In this document: positions 29,145 to 38,737 of the stretch, piece by piece
Layout: each line of letters starts with the position of its first letter
Position numbering within the stretch: position 1 is the stretch's first letter
Origin: Methanomicrobia archaeon
Lineage (GTDB): Archaea; Halobacteriota; Bog-38; Methanoflorentales; Methanoflorentaceae
DNA length: 64,000 bases
Assembly (NCBI GenBank): GCA_015660915.1
Contig: JACTTZ010000005.1
Span: 29,035-93,034, forward strand
Reading direction: 5' to 3'
Program-made: the position numbers and the translations under genes
The notes under the pieces: generated by a model
The model's input: the letters and a program-made list of their open reading frames with translations, nothing else
Databases searched by the model: none
What the model was told of the DNA's origin: nothing

Positions 29145-29394
29145 CGATGGTGCAACACCAACTCACTATCAACAATTCACGCATACATTTATGAAGTCTG
29201 CGGCGGAAAAGCGCAGTACGAGCCTCACCTCGTCAGCTACTAAAGCGCCAAAAGGCCTGCTTGCCACGAAGACTATGGCATTTCGCACTTTGCCTGCCCT
29301 ATCTGTGTGACGCTGCGTACGAGAGAACGACGCGAGCAGACGCCCGCCGCCCGCTTCATAACTCTTAAATAGCAGCCAAATCAAAGGTTAGACT

Positions 29395-29643
29395 GTGAAG
29401 GTGAAGGCTTATACGCTTAGCACGTGTCCACACTGTCGCATGACAAAGGAGTTTCTTTCGGGCAACAACGTTGATTTTGAGTATGTTGATGTCGACTTGT
29501 TGACTGGTGACAAACGGACGGAAGTTCTCCGCGAGGTTTATCGACTCACCGGAGGGTATTCGTTTCCCGTCATCGTGATAGGTGACACCGTAATCGTCGG
29601 GTTCAACAAAGAGCGGCTGCAAAAAGTGTTGGAGCTTACGTAA
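29395..29643 (+). CDS. Glutaredoxin-like protein
   Basis: 82 aa; CPHC active site at positions 11-14; thioredoxin fold with the conserved cis-Pro of that fold (SFPVIVIGDT..GF). Confidence 0.8.
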   Translation: MKVKAYTLSTCPHCRMTKEFLSGNNVDFEYVDVDLLTGDKRTEVLREVYRLTGGYSFPVIVIGDTVIVGFNKERLQKVLELT

Positions 29644-29831
29644 GCACTGCTCAAAGCAGTTACGTGAGCAGAAGCGGACTACGAACGTGTGCTCAGCATC
29701 ACGAATTAGATGCGGCACGCTAGGAACTTGCTCGTTCCTTAAGACGCGCAGAATAACGCTCTGACAATCGCAACTTTGGTTGACAGACGGACCAACATGG
29801 TTGCTCAAGGTAGTTTTGCAAAGGAGGAGAA

Positions 29832-30143
29832 GTGGCAGGCTGTATAGAACAGATGGATTATGAGATCTTGCTCAAGAACGCCACTTTCAAACAGACGTTG
29901 CACTACATCAGTGAGCACGCCAACAAAGTGTATTACGTCGGACCCGGATTCAAGGTCTTTGACCGACGGCTAATTGGGCTTCCGCCTGTGCCGATCGGAA
30001 TTGGTCCCTCGTACATCATGCTTACCTACGTGAAGCCGTGCCACGGATCCTTCGTACTGAAGCTGCCCCGCGACGAAAAAGAAGTGGCTAGGATCGTAGC
30101 TGAGGACAAGAAGTACAAAGACAAACGCAAGAGCGTGGGTTAA
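29832..30143 (+). CDS. Hypothetical protein
   Basis: 103 aa; lysine-rich C-terminus; no motif recognised. Confidence 0.35.
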   Translation: MAGCIEQMDYEILLKNATFKQTLHYISEHANKVYYVGPGFKVFDRRLIGLPPVPIGIGPSYIMLTYVKPCHGSFVLKLPRDEKEVARIVAEDKKYKDKRKSVG

Positions 30144-30420
30144 CGCATCCGCATCTGCAACTTCTGCAAGTTTGTCTCTAACCAGCTTTGTTATGCTGCC
30201 TACTTAGGCGATATTCTCCTGCAGAAGCTTATAAAGCATTACGTCTTTTTTGTAGCGGCCGTCCAATAACCCTCTTAAATGCGAGAAGCCTGTGGAACCC
30301 GTCCTGGGTCGCAAGCTATCAGAGCCCTGTAGGCATTTTACGCTAGCGCATTTTTATAAAAAAGGTTCGTCTGACCCTACAGCGCCGTCCTTCTAGAGAT
30401 TTAAAAAGTCAGTGGGCAGG

Positions 30421-30891
30421 TTAGGTCCGCGCTACATGGGCTTTGTGCCCGATGCCCTCGACATAGTCTTTTAGTCCACGTAGTAGTACCCTTAAAAGTC
30501 GCTCCGTTGTGCTGCTGATTACATAGTTCCGATAATCGGAATCGGTCTCAGCAAACACTTCAGTCGCAGAGACGATCGTTTTGGGGCCATACGGCCTAAA
30601 GTCGTACGTTATCGTCCCTCTAGAGCCGAGAACGCTGCCAGTCAAGACAACCTTCCTTCCTGGCAGCACCTGTTGCACAAACGAGTGCGTGGTAGCCTGT
30701 ATCGGGGTGAACTCAGTCTTATATCGCATGGCAAATGCGCCTCCGGGCGCCCATATGTTTCCTCCCGAGATGCTTGAGACCCCAATGATCAATGGATTCC
30801 ATTCACTCCAGCGATGTATGTCCGTGAACACTTCCCAAACGAGCTGTGACGTGGCGCTTATGTCGATCGTTGATGAAACGCGGATTGGCAC
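30421..30891 (-). CDS. SRPBCC-superfamily (polyketide cyclase / START-like) protein
   Basis: 156 aa; pattern W..F.D...W..WNP plus beta-rich core typical of Bet v1/CoxG-like proteins. Confidence 0.55.
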   Translation of the reverse strand: MPIRVSSTIDISATSQLVWEVFTDIHRWSEWNPLIIGVSSISGGNIWAPGGAFAMRYKTEFTPIQATTHSFVQQVLPGRKVVLTGSVLGSRGTITYDFRPYGPKTIVSATEVFAETDSDYRNYVISSTTERLLRVLLRGLKDYVEGIGHKAHVART

Positions 30892-31139
30892 GTTCCATCA
30901 ATGGCGGTCAAGCAAGATAAGGATTAGCAGGCAGCGAGCACAACGGCATTTCTTCGAGGCCCAAAAATGAAACGTTGCGCGCGCGACCGCTCAAGAAGTC
31001 ATGTCGACATCCATCCAGTAGAAATGTGATCCGAAACGGGTTGCTCAATGGCACGTGTCATTCGCTCGCGGTCGATTACAGCGACGGTGGAGAAATTATT
31101 TACGTGCGCAGTTATAAAATGAGGTGCCGGTGATGCCAG

Positions 31140-31280
31140 TTGGCAAAATGGGTTTGCGGTATTTGCGAATGGGTCTATGACGAAGAAGTTGAAGGCGTTC
31201 CGTTCAGTGAGCTCCCTGACGATTGGGTGTGTCCTGCGTGCGGCGTCGACAAGTCTCTTTTTGAGGAACAGAGTGACTAG
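31140..31280 (+). CDS. Rubredoxin (short form), missing from the ORF track
   Basis: Hand translation (M)[45 protein letters not shown] with two CxxC knuckles (WVCGIC, WVCPACG). The in-frame start is TTG; a GAGGTG SD followed by ATG lies at 31121-31135 in the +2 frame, joined across an AAAA run. Confidence 0.75.
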   Translation: MAKWVCGICEWVYDEEVEGVPFSELPDDWVCPACGVDKSLFEEQSD

Positions 31281-31459
31281 GGTCTTCGGCTTGTGCATTA
31301 ATTCTTACGACTTTTTTTCTAACCGCCTAAAATAAAAGGCGCTATTTTTTGAAAAACCCGACGGCGTCTATTTCTTATCCCGTTGAGTGCGTTAAGCGTT
31401 TGTGACGCCGGGGGGGCATACGTGAGGCACATTTATTACTAGCTATCCTGCATGGACAG

Positions 31460-32779
31460 ATGATGCAAGGCCTCCTCGTTGCTGGAACGCAAAGCGGGAT
31501 CGGAAAAACGACGGTGACGCTCGCTATCCTCAAAGCGCTTAGAGACTCAGGCTATAGCGTGCAGTCATACAAAGTCGGCCCAGATTTCATAGATCCCAGC
31601 CACCTCGAAAAAGTGACCAACGCACCGTGCTACAATCTTGATTCGTTCATGATGGGTGAGGAAGGCGTCAAGAGGGAGTTTGCAAAATGTGACGCCGACT
31701 ATGCGGTCATAGAAGGGGCAATGGGCATGTACGACGGGATATCAAGCTGCGCTAAGATTGCAGACCTGACAAAAGTCCCAGTTCTTCTTGTGATTGACGC
31801 GAGCGCTTCTGCGGAGAGTGTGGCCGCACAGGCCCTGGGGTTCATTAGATACGCTTGTTTCACGCCCTTCAAGCTTACGATCGCCGGGGTCATAGCAAAC
31901 CGCGTCGGTACCGAAGAACACGGTGAAAGGATTCGCCGGGCGTTGAAGGCAATAAATATCCCGTTGATAGGAACCGTTGCAGCAGACGTTGAAGGAATTC
32001 CATCACGTCACCTCGGATTGTATATGGGGTCGGAAACGTCGTTGCCCGCTGCTACCCTGAAGTCAATCTACGAGTTACTCGACCTCGAGTTCATCCAACG
32101 GGTAGCGACGCAGATCACGGTCGATAAGCCACAGGAGCTACGCCACACAACAGATACACGGATCGGGATTGCTCACGACGCTGCGTTTTGCTTCTATTAT
32201 CGCTCAAACATTGAAGCGATTCAAAAGCGCGCGCAAGTGGTCTATTTTTCTCCCATTCGCGACGCGCTGCCGGACGTAGATGGGTTGTACTTCGGCGGAG
32301 GCTATCCCGAACTGTATGCTGCGCAGTTGAGCACAAATAAATGCATGTTGAAAGACGTAAAAACAAACGCGGATGACGGCATGCCCGTATACGGCGAGTG
32401 TGGGGGGCTTATGTATCTGTCGCGCTCGCTCTCCACTGTCGAGGGCAGAAGATTTTCGCTGGGAAACGTGCTCCCCCTAGACGTCCAAATGACGAGGAAA
32501 ATGCAAGCATTGGGACACGTTGAAGTGCAAGCCGTTACGGACTGTGCGATTGCACGCAGCGGTGATATCCTTCGCGGCCACGAATACCACTACTCGACCG
32601 CATCCGTTGATAACGACGTGCGATTCGCTTATCGCGTCACACAAGGGAAAGGAATCGACGGACGCGATGGCATTACGGAGAGCAACGTTGTGGCGTCATA
32701 TCTGCATTCGCACGTCTACTCGATGCCGCACGAATTTGACTTGTTTGTCGACCAAGCAAAAGCTCACGCTCGCTCGTAG
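31460..32779 (+). CDS. Cobyrinic acid a,c-diamide synthase family protein (CbiA/CfbB-type amidase)
   Basis: N-terminal GTQSGIGKTTVT P-loop, C-terminal glutamine amidotransferase-like domain (GECGGLMYL). Confidence 0.85.
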   Translation: MMQGLLVAGTQSGIGKTTVTLAILKALRDSGYSVQSYKVGPDFIDPSHLEKVTNAPCYNLDSFMMGEEGVKREFAKCDADYAVIEGAMGMYDGISSCAKIADLTKVPVLLVIDASASAESVAAQALGFIRYACFTPFKLTIAGVIANRVGTEEHGERIRRALKAINIPLIGTVAADVEGIPSRHLGLYMGSETSLPAATLKSIYELLDLEFIQRVATQITVDKPQELRHTTDTRIGIAHDAAFCFYYRSNIEAIQKRAQVVYFSPIRDALPDVDGLYFGGGYPELYAAQLSTNKCMLKDVKTNADDGMPVYGECGGLMYLSRSLSTVEGRRFSLGNVLPLDVQMTRKMQALGHVEVQAVTDCAIARSGDILRGHEYHYSTASVDNDVRFAYRVTQGKGIDGRDGITESNVVASYLHSHVYSMPHEFDLFVDQAKAHARS

Positions 32780-32892
32780 ATCCTGATTACCGTGCGGGCT
32801 AGCTACCTTACAACGGCCTGGCGCTCCACCGCTTCACGAGTGTGCCTGCTTTTTTATAGCAAAGCGACACACACAGAAACGAAGGAATTAGC

Positions 32893-33546
32893 ATGGCGTC
32901 ACAAACAGCTGTATCGCCACAGAAAATTGAAAACGAGCTCAAAAGGCTTGCAAAACAGAACCATGCAGAGCTGTCCTTCATCCATCCGAGTGCTATTGAA
33001 GTACGCAACTGGGTCAGATGGAAGTGTCAGTATGGGTGCAAGGGGTTTGGAAAGCATTTAAGTTGTCCGCCGTATGTGCCGGGACCCTCTGAGACAAGAG
33101 CGCTCTTGCAGGAGTACGAGCGCGCATACATCGTCCATTTCAGAGGTATCCCCGGAATGCCAACCATTGATCCGGGGGATATACCAGAGAACTGGCATCC
33201 ATTTCTGCGAGAGCTGATCCTGTGGATCGCAGAAACGATGTACACACTCGAACAACACGCGTTCTACGGTGGATACTACAAAGCATTAGCGTTCGCGGCC
33301 TATCCGTGCGCGTTTTGTGAGGACTGCGTCGCGGAGGAATCTAAAGGCGTCGTCGATATCTCGCTGAAGAGAGACTGTCGTCACGCTGAACGGGTGCGAA
33401 CTTCAATGGAAGCCGTTGGAATCGACGTGTTTACAACCGTCTCAAAGAGCAACCTTCCCATAGACGTCATTCCCTGCGAGGATAACATCTACGGCAAAAT
33501 TAAGCACACCAAGATCAATTCATACGGCCTGCTGCTTCTCGACTAA
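32893..33546 (+). CDS. DUF2284-like predicted metal-binding protein
   Basis: W.RWKCQYGCKGFGKHLSCPPYVP motif and further Cys pairs (CAFCEDC). Confidence 0.55.
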   Translation: MASQTAVSPQKIENELKRLAKQNHAELSFIHPSAIEVRNWVRWKCQYGCKGFGKHLSCPPYVPGPSETRALLQEYERAYIVHFRGIPGMPTIDPGDIPENWHPFLRELILWIAETMYTLEQHAFYGGYYKALAFAAYPCAFCEDCVAEESKGVVDISLKRDCRHAERVRTSMEAVGIDVFTTVSKSNLPIDVIPCEDNIYGKIKHTKINSYGLLLLD

Positions 33547-33689
33547 GTCGACCACAGCTAGGGTAACCAGATCCGCTGCGACTCGCGGCGCGCTTTGGGG
33601 GCGAAAGCTTAATAGCGGCTCTACCTCAAAACTTACTGACTCGGTGTGAGCTCAAATAGCTGTCGTTAGGAAGAAGCTTTCAGACTAGA

Positions 33690-34178
33690 TTGGTGACAGA
33701 AATGGACATTTTAAAGATCCCTCGTATGGAAAAAGAAGAGTATGACAGGCTAATCAAGGAGAACTACGTGAGCCGGATCGCCTTCAAGGGCGACGCGTAT
33801 CCGTACGTTGCACCTTTTTTGTACGTGTTCGACGGGCGCTACCTCTATTTTTTGTCGACGAAGTACGGTAAAAAGCTCCGATTCTTTAACGAGAATCCCA
33901 ACGTTGCAGTCGAGATAGAAAGGTTTAGCGCAGACATGTCGTCTTATACGTTCGTCACCTTGTTGGGGCAGCTTGCCGAAGTCGCCGACCGCACAGAAGG
34001 GCGACGCATTCGACAAAGGTTCGTTAACATGATGACGACGCGAGCGCTCTCAAGCAACGCCGTGGCTGCGCTCGGCCATTCGCCGGTTGAGCCTTTGGAA
34101 TCTATCGTGAACGAGAACCGAAGCCTTATATGGAGACTTGAAAAGGTACAGGAAATCGTCGCTCTCAAGAATGCCTAG
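33690..34178 (+). CDS. Pyridoxamine 5'-phosphate oxidase-like FMN-binding protein
   Basis: 162 aa; pattern RIAFKGDAYPYVAPFLYVFDGRYLYFLS...VAVEIE typical of the PNPOx split-barrel family. Confidence 0.6.
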   Translation: MVTEMDILKIPRMEKEEYDRLIKENYVSRIAFKGDAYPYVAPFLYVFDGRYLYFLSTKYGKKLRFFNENPNVAVEIERFSADMSSYTFVTLLGQLAEVADRTEGRRIRQRFVNMMTTRALSSNAVAALGHSPVEPLESIVNENRSLIWRLEKVQEIVALKNA

Positions 34179-34478
34179 ATGCTTTTTCCGCTTGAGCACT
34201 TCAGGCAAGCTATCGCTACAGGCTGCAGATGCTATAAATCTGAGAGCCCTAATCGGGCCAAGCCTTCTCCTCCGGCTGAGCTGCCAGAGTAAAGAGCTGC
34301 CGCAAAAAATAGTCGAAGCACGCACGAATTGGCACGGGACACACCGTTCAGAACGTTTATTTCTTCCGTGACGCTTCGAGGGGGGACTTCACATCCGCGC
34401 TACGGTGAACCGCCTGTCCAACCCCAGGGGGCAGAATTAATAAGACGGACCTGATTACTACCGTATAAGCGAGACCAA

Positions 34479-36332
34479 ATGACAGTCAAGTACGTTCCGG
34501 ACACAAGCGTGTTGATCGACGGCAGGATCACAAAGCTTATAGACGACGGCGAACTGCGCGGAGCGACAATCATCATCCCCGAAGCGGTTATCTCTGAGCT
34601 CGAAGCTCAGGCAAACCAAGGACGCGAGATCGGCTTTAAAGGGCTAAATGAGCTCAAAGCACTCGCGGAACGAAAACGCTCGGGCGAAGTCGACGTGACC
34701 TACGTCGGAAGGCGACCCACAGCGGATGAGATCAAACTTGCCTCAGTGGGAGAAATCGATGCGATGATACGAACCGTCGCGGTCGACAATGGTGCAACGT
34801 TTATCACGAGCGATATCGTACAAAGTGAAGTCGCCCGTGCCAAAGGATTGGATGTCACGTACCTCCAGCCTGAAAAGGGGGCGGAAAAACCGTTGCTGCT
34901 ACAGCGGTTCTTCACGCGCGACACTATGTCAGTGTTTCTGAAAGAGGGTGTCCCTCCACGAGCTAAACGTGGCTCGATAGCAGACCTTCGATTGGTCAAT
35001 ATTAGAAAGACTCGGATGGGCGAAAAGGAGATTCGGGCCATTGCTACAGACGTCATTGAACAAGCAAAGTCACGCTCTGACGGTTTTATTGAAATAGAAC
35101 GCCGAGGCGCCACGATCGTTCAGCTCGGCTCGATGCGAATAGCCATTGCCCGACCCCCGTTTTCTGATGGCATCGAGATAACCGCGGTCCGCCCGATAGC
35201 GACGGTTAAGCTCGACGACTACAAGTTCTCCGACGAACTGAAGAGTCGGCTGAGTGAATCGACAAGAGGTATAATGATCGCGGGACCACCGGGATCCGGC
35301 AAATCTACGTTGGCGCAAAGCGTCGCGGAGTTTCTTGCAGCACAAGGGTTTATCGTCAAGACGATGGAAAGTCCGCGCGATTTGCAGGTTCCAGATAACA
35401 TCACGCAGTATTCTGCGCTCGAAGGCGACATGGCGAAGACGGCTGACATTCTTCTGCTTGTGCGACCGGACTACACAATCTATGACGAGTTGCGCAAGAC
35501 CAGCGACTTTAAGACCTTCGCTGACATGCGGCTCGCGGGAGTGGGGATGGTCGGCGTCGTGCATACGACCCGCGGCATCGATACACTGCAGCGCTTGATA
35601 GGCCGAGTCGAATTTGGCATCATTCCTCAAGTTGTCGACACAATCATTTTCCTCAAGAAAGGTGAGATTGAATCAGTCTATGACGTCCATTTTGCCGTCA
35701 AAGTGCCGTCAGGGATGATGGAAGCAGATCTTGCGCGGCCGGTCATAGAGGTGAGGAACTTTGAGACGAATAAGGTCGAATACGAGATCTATCTCTTTAG
35801 CAGGCAAATCGTTGTTATGGCAGTAGGCCCGAAAGAACGGGGGAAGGCAAAACCAACGTGGAAGTTCGCTGCGCGAGAGATTGAGAGGGAGATCGATAAA
35901 TATGCGAAAGAGCCCGTCACAGTCGAGATCCTTTCTGACACGCGCGCCAACGTCTATGTAAGCGACAAAGACATATCCCACGTGATCGGAAAGGGCGGCA
36001 AAAATATCGAAAAAGTCGAAGATGTCCTCGGGATTGACATTGACGTTTTGCAGACGGCTGAGGAGTCGCAAAGAAAAACAAAAGGTCGTGAAAAAGAGTC
36101 CCCGCCAAAAGCTACGGCGGATGCCGAAGTTGATCTTGCTGACCGACACGTGATCGTGACGTCTGACGCTCGACCAGGCGACATCGTTGACGTGTTAATT
36201 GATGATGAGTATCTCTTCACGGCTACCATCGGACGAGGCGGCGAGATTAAGGTGACCAAGGGAACCAACATCGCTAATCGCATCTTAGATGCGCTTGACC
36301 GCGGTGCACGCATCGTGATGCGGAGCGCGTGA
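34479..36332 (+). CDS. PIN-domain / PilT-like ATPase / KH-domain protein (archaeal COG1855-type)
   Basis: N-terminal PIN (VPDTSVLIDGRI), central Walker A GPPGSGKST, C-terminal KH-like HVIGKGGKNIEKVEDVLGIDIDV. Confidence 0.8.
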   Translation: MTVKYVPDTSVLIDGRITKLIDDGELRGATIIIPEAVISELEAQANQGREIGFKGLNELKALAERKRSGEVDVTYVGRRPTADEIKLASVGEIDAMIRTVAVDNGATFITSDIVQSEVARAKGLDVTYLQPEKGAEKPLLLQRFFTRDTMSVFLKEGVPPRAKRGSIADLRLVNIRKTRMGEKEIRAIATDVIEQAKSRSDGFIEIERRGATIVQLGSMRIAIARPPFSDGIEITAVRPIATVKLDDYKFSDELKSRLSESTRGIMIAGPPGSGKSTLAQSVAEFLAAQGFIVKTMESPRDLQVPDNITQYSALEGDMAKTADILLLVRPDYTIYDELRKTSDFKTFADMRLAGVGMVGVVHTTRGIDTLQRLIGRVEFGIIPQVVDTIIFLKKGEIESVYDVHFAVKVPSGMMEADLARPVIEVRNFETNKVEYEIYLFSRQIVVMAVGPKERGKAKPTWKFAAREIEREIDKYAKEPVTVEILSDTRANVYVSDKDISHVIGKGGKNIEKVEDVLGIDIDVLQTAEESQRKTKGREKESPPKATADAEVDLADRHVIVTSDARPGDIVDVLIDDEYLFTATIGRGGEIKVTKGTNIANRILDALDRGARIVMRSA

Positions 36333-36488
36333 GAGAACCTCCGTAGAACACGCGCGCTACCGCAGACTGATCATCGGGTTACGATTGAGCCCCTGGCCCA
36401 CTGCGATCAAAAGAGATTAGTAGAACGACGGGCACAGCTAGTAGGCGTGCGCATTCGAGAGCGCGGCTAAGGGAGCTCGTGTGCTAAA

Positions 36489-36944
36489 ATGATGATGCAA
36501 AAGTTCTCAGCGGCTCTGTTGTATATCGGCATTTTCGCCGGAATCCCGCTCGCAATCATCGTCGCTCTGTTTTTTCTCCCCGTTTTGAACAGCGTCGATT
36601 CGACAGCGATTGTCATTCTTGTTATTTTTGCTGTTGTACTTGTCGCGCTCTGGATATTCGTGCCGCGCGAAAAGCCAGTCACACGACAGCGAAAAAGCGC
36701 CAAAGAAAGAAAAGCAGCACAGCGCGCAGTTCCTGCGCCAAGTGAAGCTTCAGAAGGGTCGACCGGCGAGGAAAAGAAACGAAAAGCGCGATCCAGGCGA
36801 CCTCTCTATGAAGAAGACGAGAGACACGAGCCATTCGTCGATGTCGTAGAGGAATCGACCCACCATCCGGCAGCGCAACCTCAAGTGCGGCGAAAAGCCC
36901 AAAGCAAAGCCCGGAAGAAGAGCTCCAAGAAGAAAAAGCGCTAA
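36489..36944 (+). CDS. Membrane protein with two TM helices and a highly basic Lys/Arg-rich C-terminal tail
   Basis: 151 aa; ...KSAKERKAAQ...KARKKSSKKKKR. Confidence 0.45.
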   Translation: MMMQKFSAALLYIGIFAGIPLAIIVALFFLPVLNSVDSTAIVILVIFAVVLVALWIFVPREKPVTRQRKSAKERKAAQRAVPAPSEASEGSTGEEKKRKARSRRPLYEEDERHEPFVDVVEESTHHPAAQPQVRRKAQSKARKKSSKKKKR

Positions 36945-37012
36945 GTTGTGAGACGCTGTGGAATCGGTCTAGCCGCCCCCGCCACCGACTGCAAACGTGA
37001 ATCACTGCCGCG

Positions 37013-38584
37013 TCAAAGCACGACCGCTTTCGCTACAGAAATGCCATTGATCTCTCGGATCTGGGCCAAAACCTCATCTTGAATCGGATCGTCAAGCGCG
37101 AGCACCATAACCGCACCCCCTCTGACTTTGTCGCGGCCTACGTTCATTCCAGCGATGTTGATGTTGTTGTTACCGAGCAACGTGCCGACCTTGCCAATGA
37201 CGCCAGGCTTGTCGATGTGGGACGTTATCAGCATGGACCCCTGGGTTTCTGCGTCCACGTGGTAGTCGCCGATCTTAACTATCCGCGGTTGATCTCCTAG
37301 AAAAAGGGTCCCCGACACCGACCAGTCATCACCCTTGTCGCTGTCTATTCTGACCGTTATCAGACTCTGAAAATCTTCGAGCCGTTCCGTCTTCGTCTCG
37401 GTGATCCTAATGCCCCGCTTCTTGGCAAACATCTGTGCGTTGACAAAATTGACAGGTGACTCCAGTACGCGATCGAGGACGCCTTTAAGAACAGCAATGG
37501 TCAAAGGGTGCACATCGCACTGGCCTACCTCGCCGGTGTAGGTGACTTCGATACCGCGAATCTGCCCTTCGACGAGCTGAATGCAAAACTTACCGAGTTG
37601 CTCTGAAAGCGGCATATAGCTCCTGACCGCGCCAAACGTCTCCGCCCGTATCGGCACGTTCACGGCGTTTCGGACCGGTTCACCTTTAAGTGCGCCCAGC
37701 GTTTGTTCGGCGATGGCCACCGCCACGTTGATCTGCGCCTCGACTGTCGAGGCGCCGAGGTGTGGCGTCACTATGCAGGTATCAAGCGCGAGAAGTGGAC
37801 TTCCCGTCGGAGGCTCACGTTCAAAGACATCCAGCGCTGCTCCGGCGATCTTGCCACTCTTCAAACCCTCGTACAGCGCTTCTTCGTCGATGATGCCGCC
37901 GCGCGCGACGTTCAAAATGCGAACGCCGTCGCGCATCTTCGCGATCTGCGGCTTCCCGATCAGGTGGTACGTATCCTTAGTCAATGGAGTATGAACGGTG
38001 ATGAAGTCTGACTTCGCGAGAACCTCATCAAGCGATGCGAGGTCGACGCGGAGCTCCTTCGCACGCTCTACAGTTATGAAAGGATCGTACGCAATGACGT
38101 TCATTCCGAGGGCGCGCATTCGCTTCGCGACTTCGGCTCCGATGCGTCCGAGTCCGAGAACGCCGAGCGTCTTTCCAAAGACTTCGACTCCAAGAAACCG
38201 TGAACGTTCCCACTCACCGTTCCTCACGGAAACACTAGCCTGCGGTATGCTCCGCGACAGGGCCATCATCAGGCTTATCGTATGCTCCGCCGCTGAGATC
38301 ATGTTGCCCTCAGGCGCGTTAATGACGATGATACCTTTCGCTGTTGCGGCTTCAACATCGATGTTGTCGACGCCAACGCCTGCACGTCCGATAACCTTGA
38401 GATTTGACGCTTCGATTGCGTCTTTCGTGACCTTTGTGCCGCTCCTGACGATGAGAGCGTCGTAGTCGCCGATGATGCTGACAAATTGCTCCGGCAAAAG
38501 ATCAGTTATTACGTCGACGTCGTGTTCCCTCTTGAGGAGGTCGACACCTGCCTGGGATAATGGGTCACTTACAAGTATTCTCAT
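37013..38584 (-). CDS. serA: D-3-phosphoglycerate dehydrogenase with C-terminal ACT domain
   Basis: 523 aa; NAD-binding GLGRIG motif, catalytic HIDKPG-region, ACT domain at the C-terminus. Confidence 0.9.
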   Translation of the reverse strand: MRILVSDPLSQAGVDLLKREHDVDVITDLLPEQFVSIIGDYDALIVRSGTKVTKDAIEASNLKVIGRAGVGVDNIDVEAATAKGIIVINAPEGNMISAAEHTISLMMALSRSIPQASVSVRNGEWERSRFLGVEVFGKTLGVLGLGRIGAEVAKRMRALGMNVIAYDPFITVERAKELRVDLASLDEVLAKSDFITVHTPLTKDTYHLIGKPQIAKMRDGVRILNVARGGIIDEEALYEGLKSGKIAGAALDVFEREPPTGSPLLALDTCIVTPHLGASTVEAQINVAVAIAEQTLGALKGEPVRNAVNVPIRAETFGAVRSYMPLSEQLGKFCIQLVEGQIRGIEVTYTGEVGQCDVHPLTIAVLKGVLDRVLESPVNFVNAQMFAKKRGIRITETKTERLEDFQSLITVRIDSDKGDDWSVSGTLFLGDQPRIVKIGDYHVDAETQGSMLITSHIDKPGVIGKVGTLLGNNNINIAGMNVGRDKVRGGAVMVLALDDPIQDEVLAQIREINGISVAKAVVL

Positions 38585-38737
38585 AACAACAATTCCTCGC
38601 CAAAAGACTGAAGCACGCGACGCGCGTCCACGCTATTTGAATAACCAACGCTGAAAGCGTATTTCTACTTTTTGTTGGAAAGGCTTATGTAATTACCACC
38701 GCAAATAGCAGTCACAAAACTGCAAAGGAAGCCGAAT

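Noticed and set aside
30999-31298. 99-aa minus-strand ORF from the track
   Set aside because: It completely overlaps the plus-strand rubredoxin reading frame, which has unmistakable CxxC knuckles. The minus-strand product has no recognisable features.
35070-35630. 186-aa minus-strand ORF
   Set aside because: It lies inside the PIN/PilT-ATPase/KH gene, which has Walker A and KH motifs. It is an antisense artefact of GC-rich coding sequence. The same reasoning applies to 392..802, 7376..7957, 45113..45634, 61350..61898, 39934..40290 and 41776..42183.
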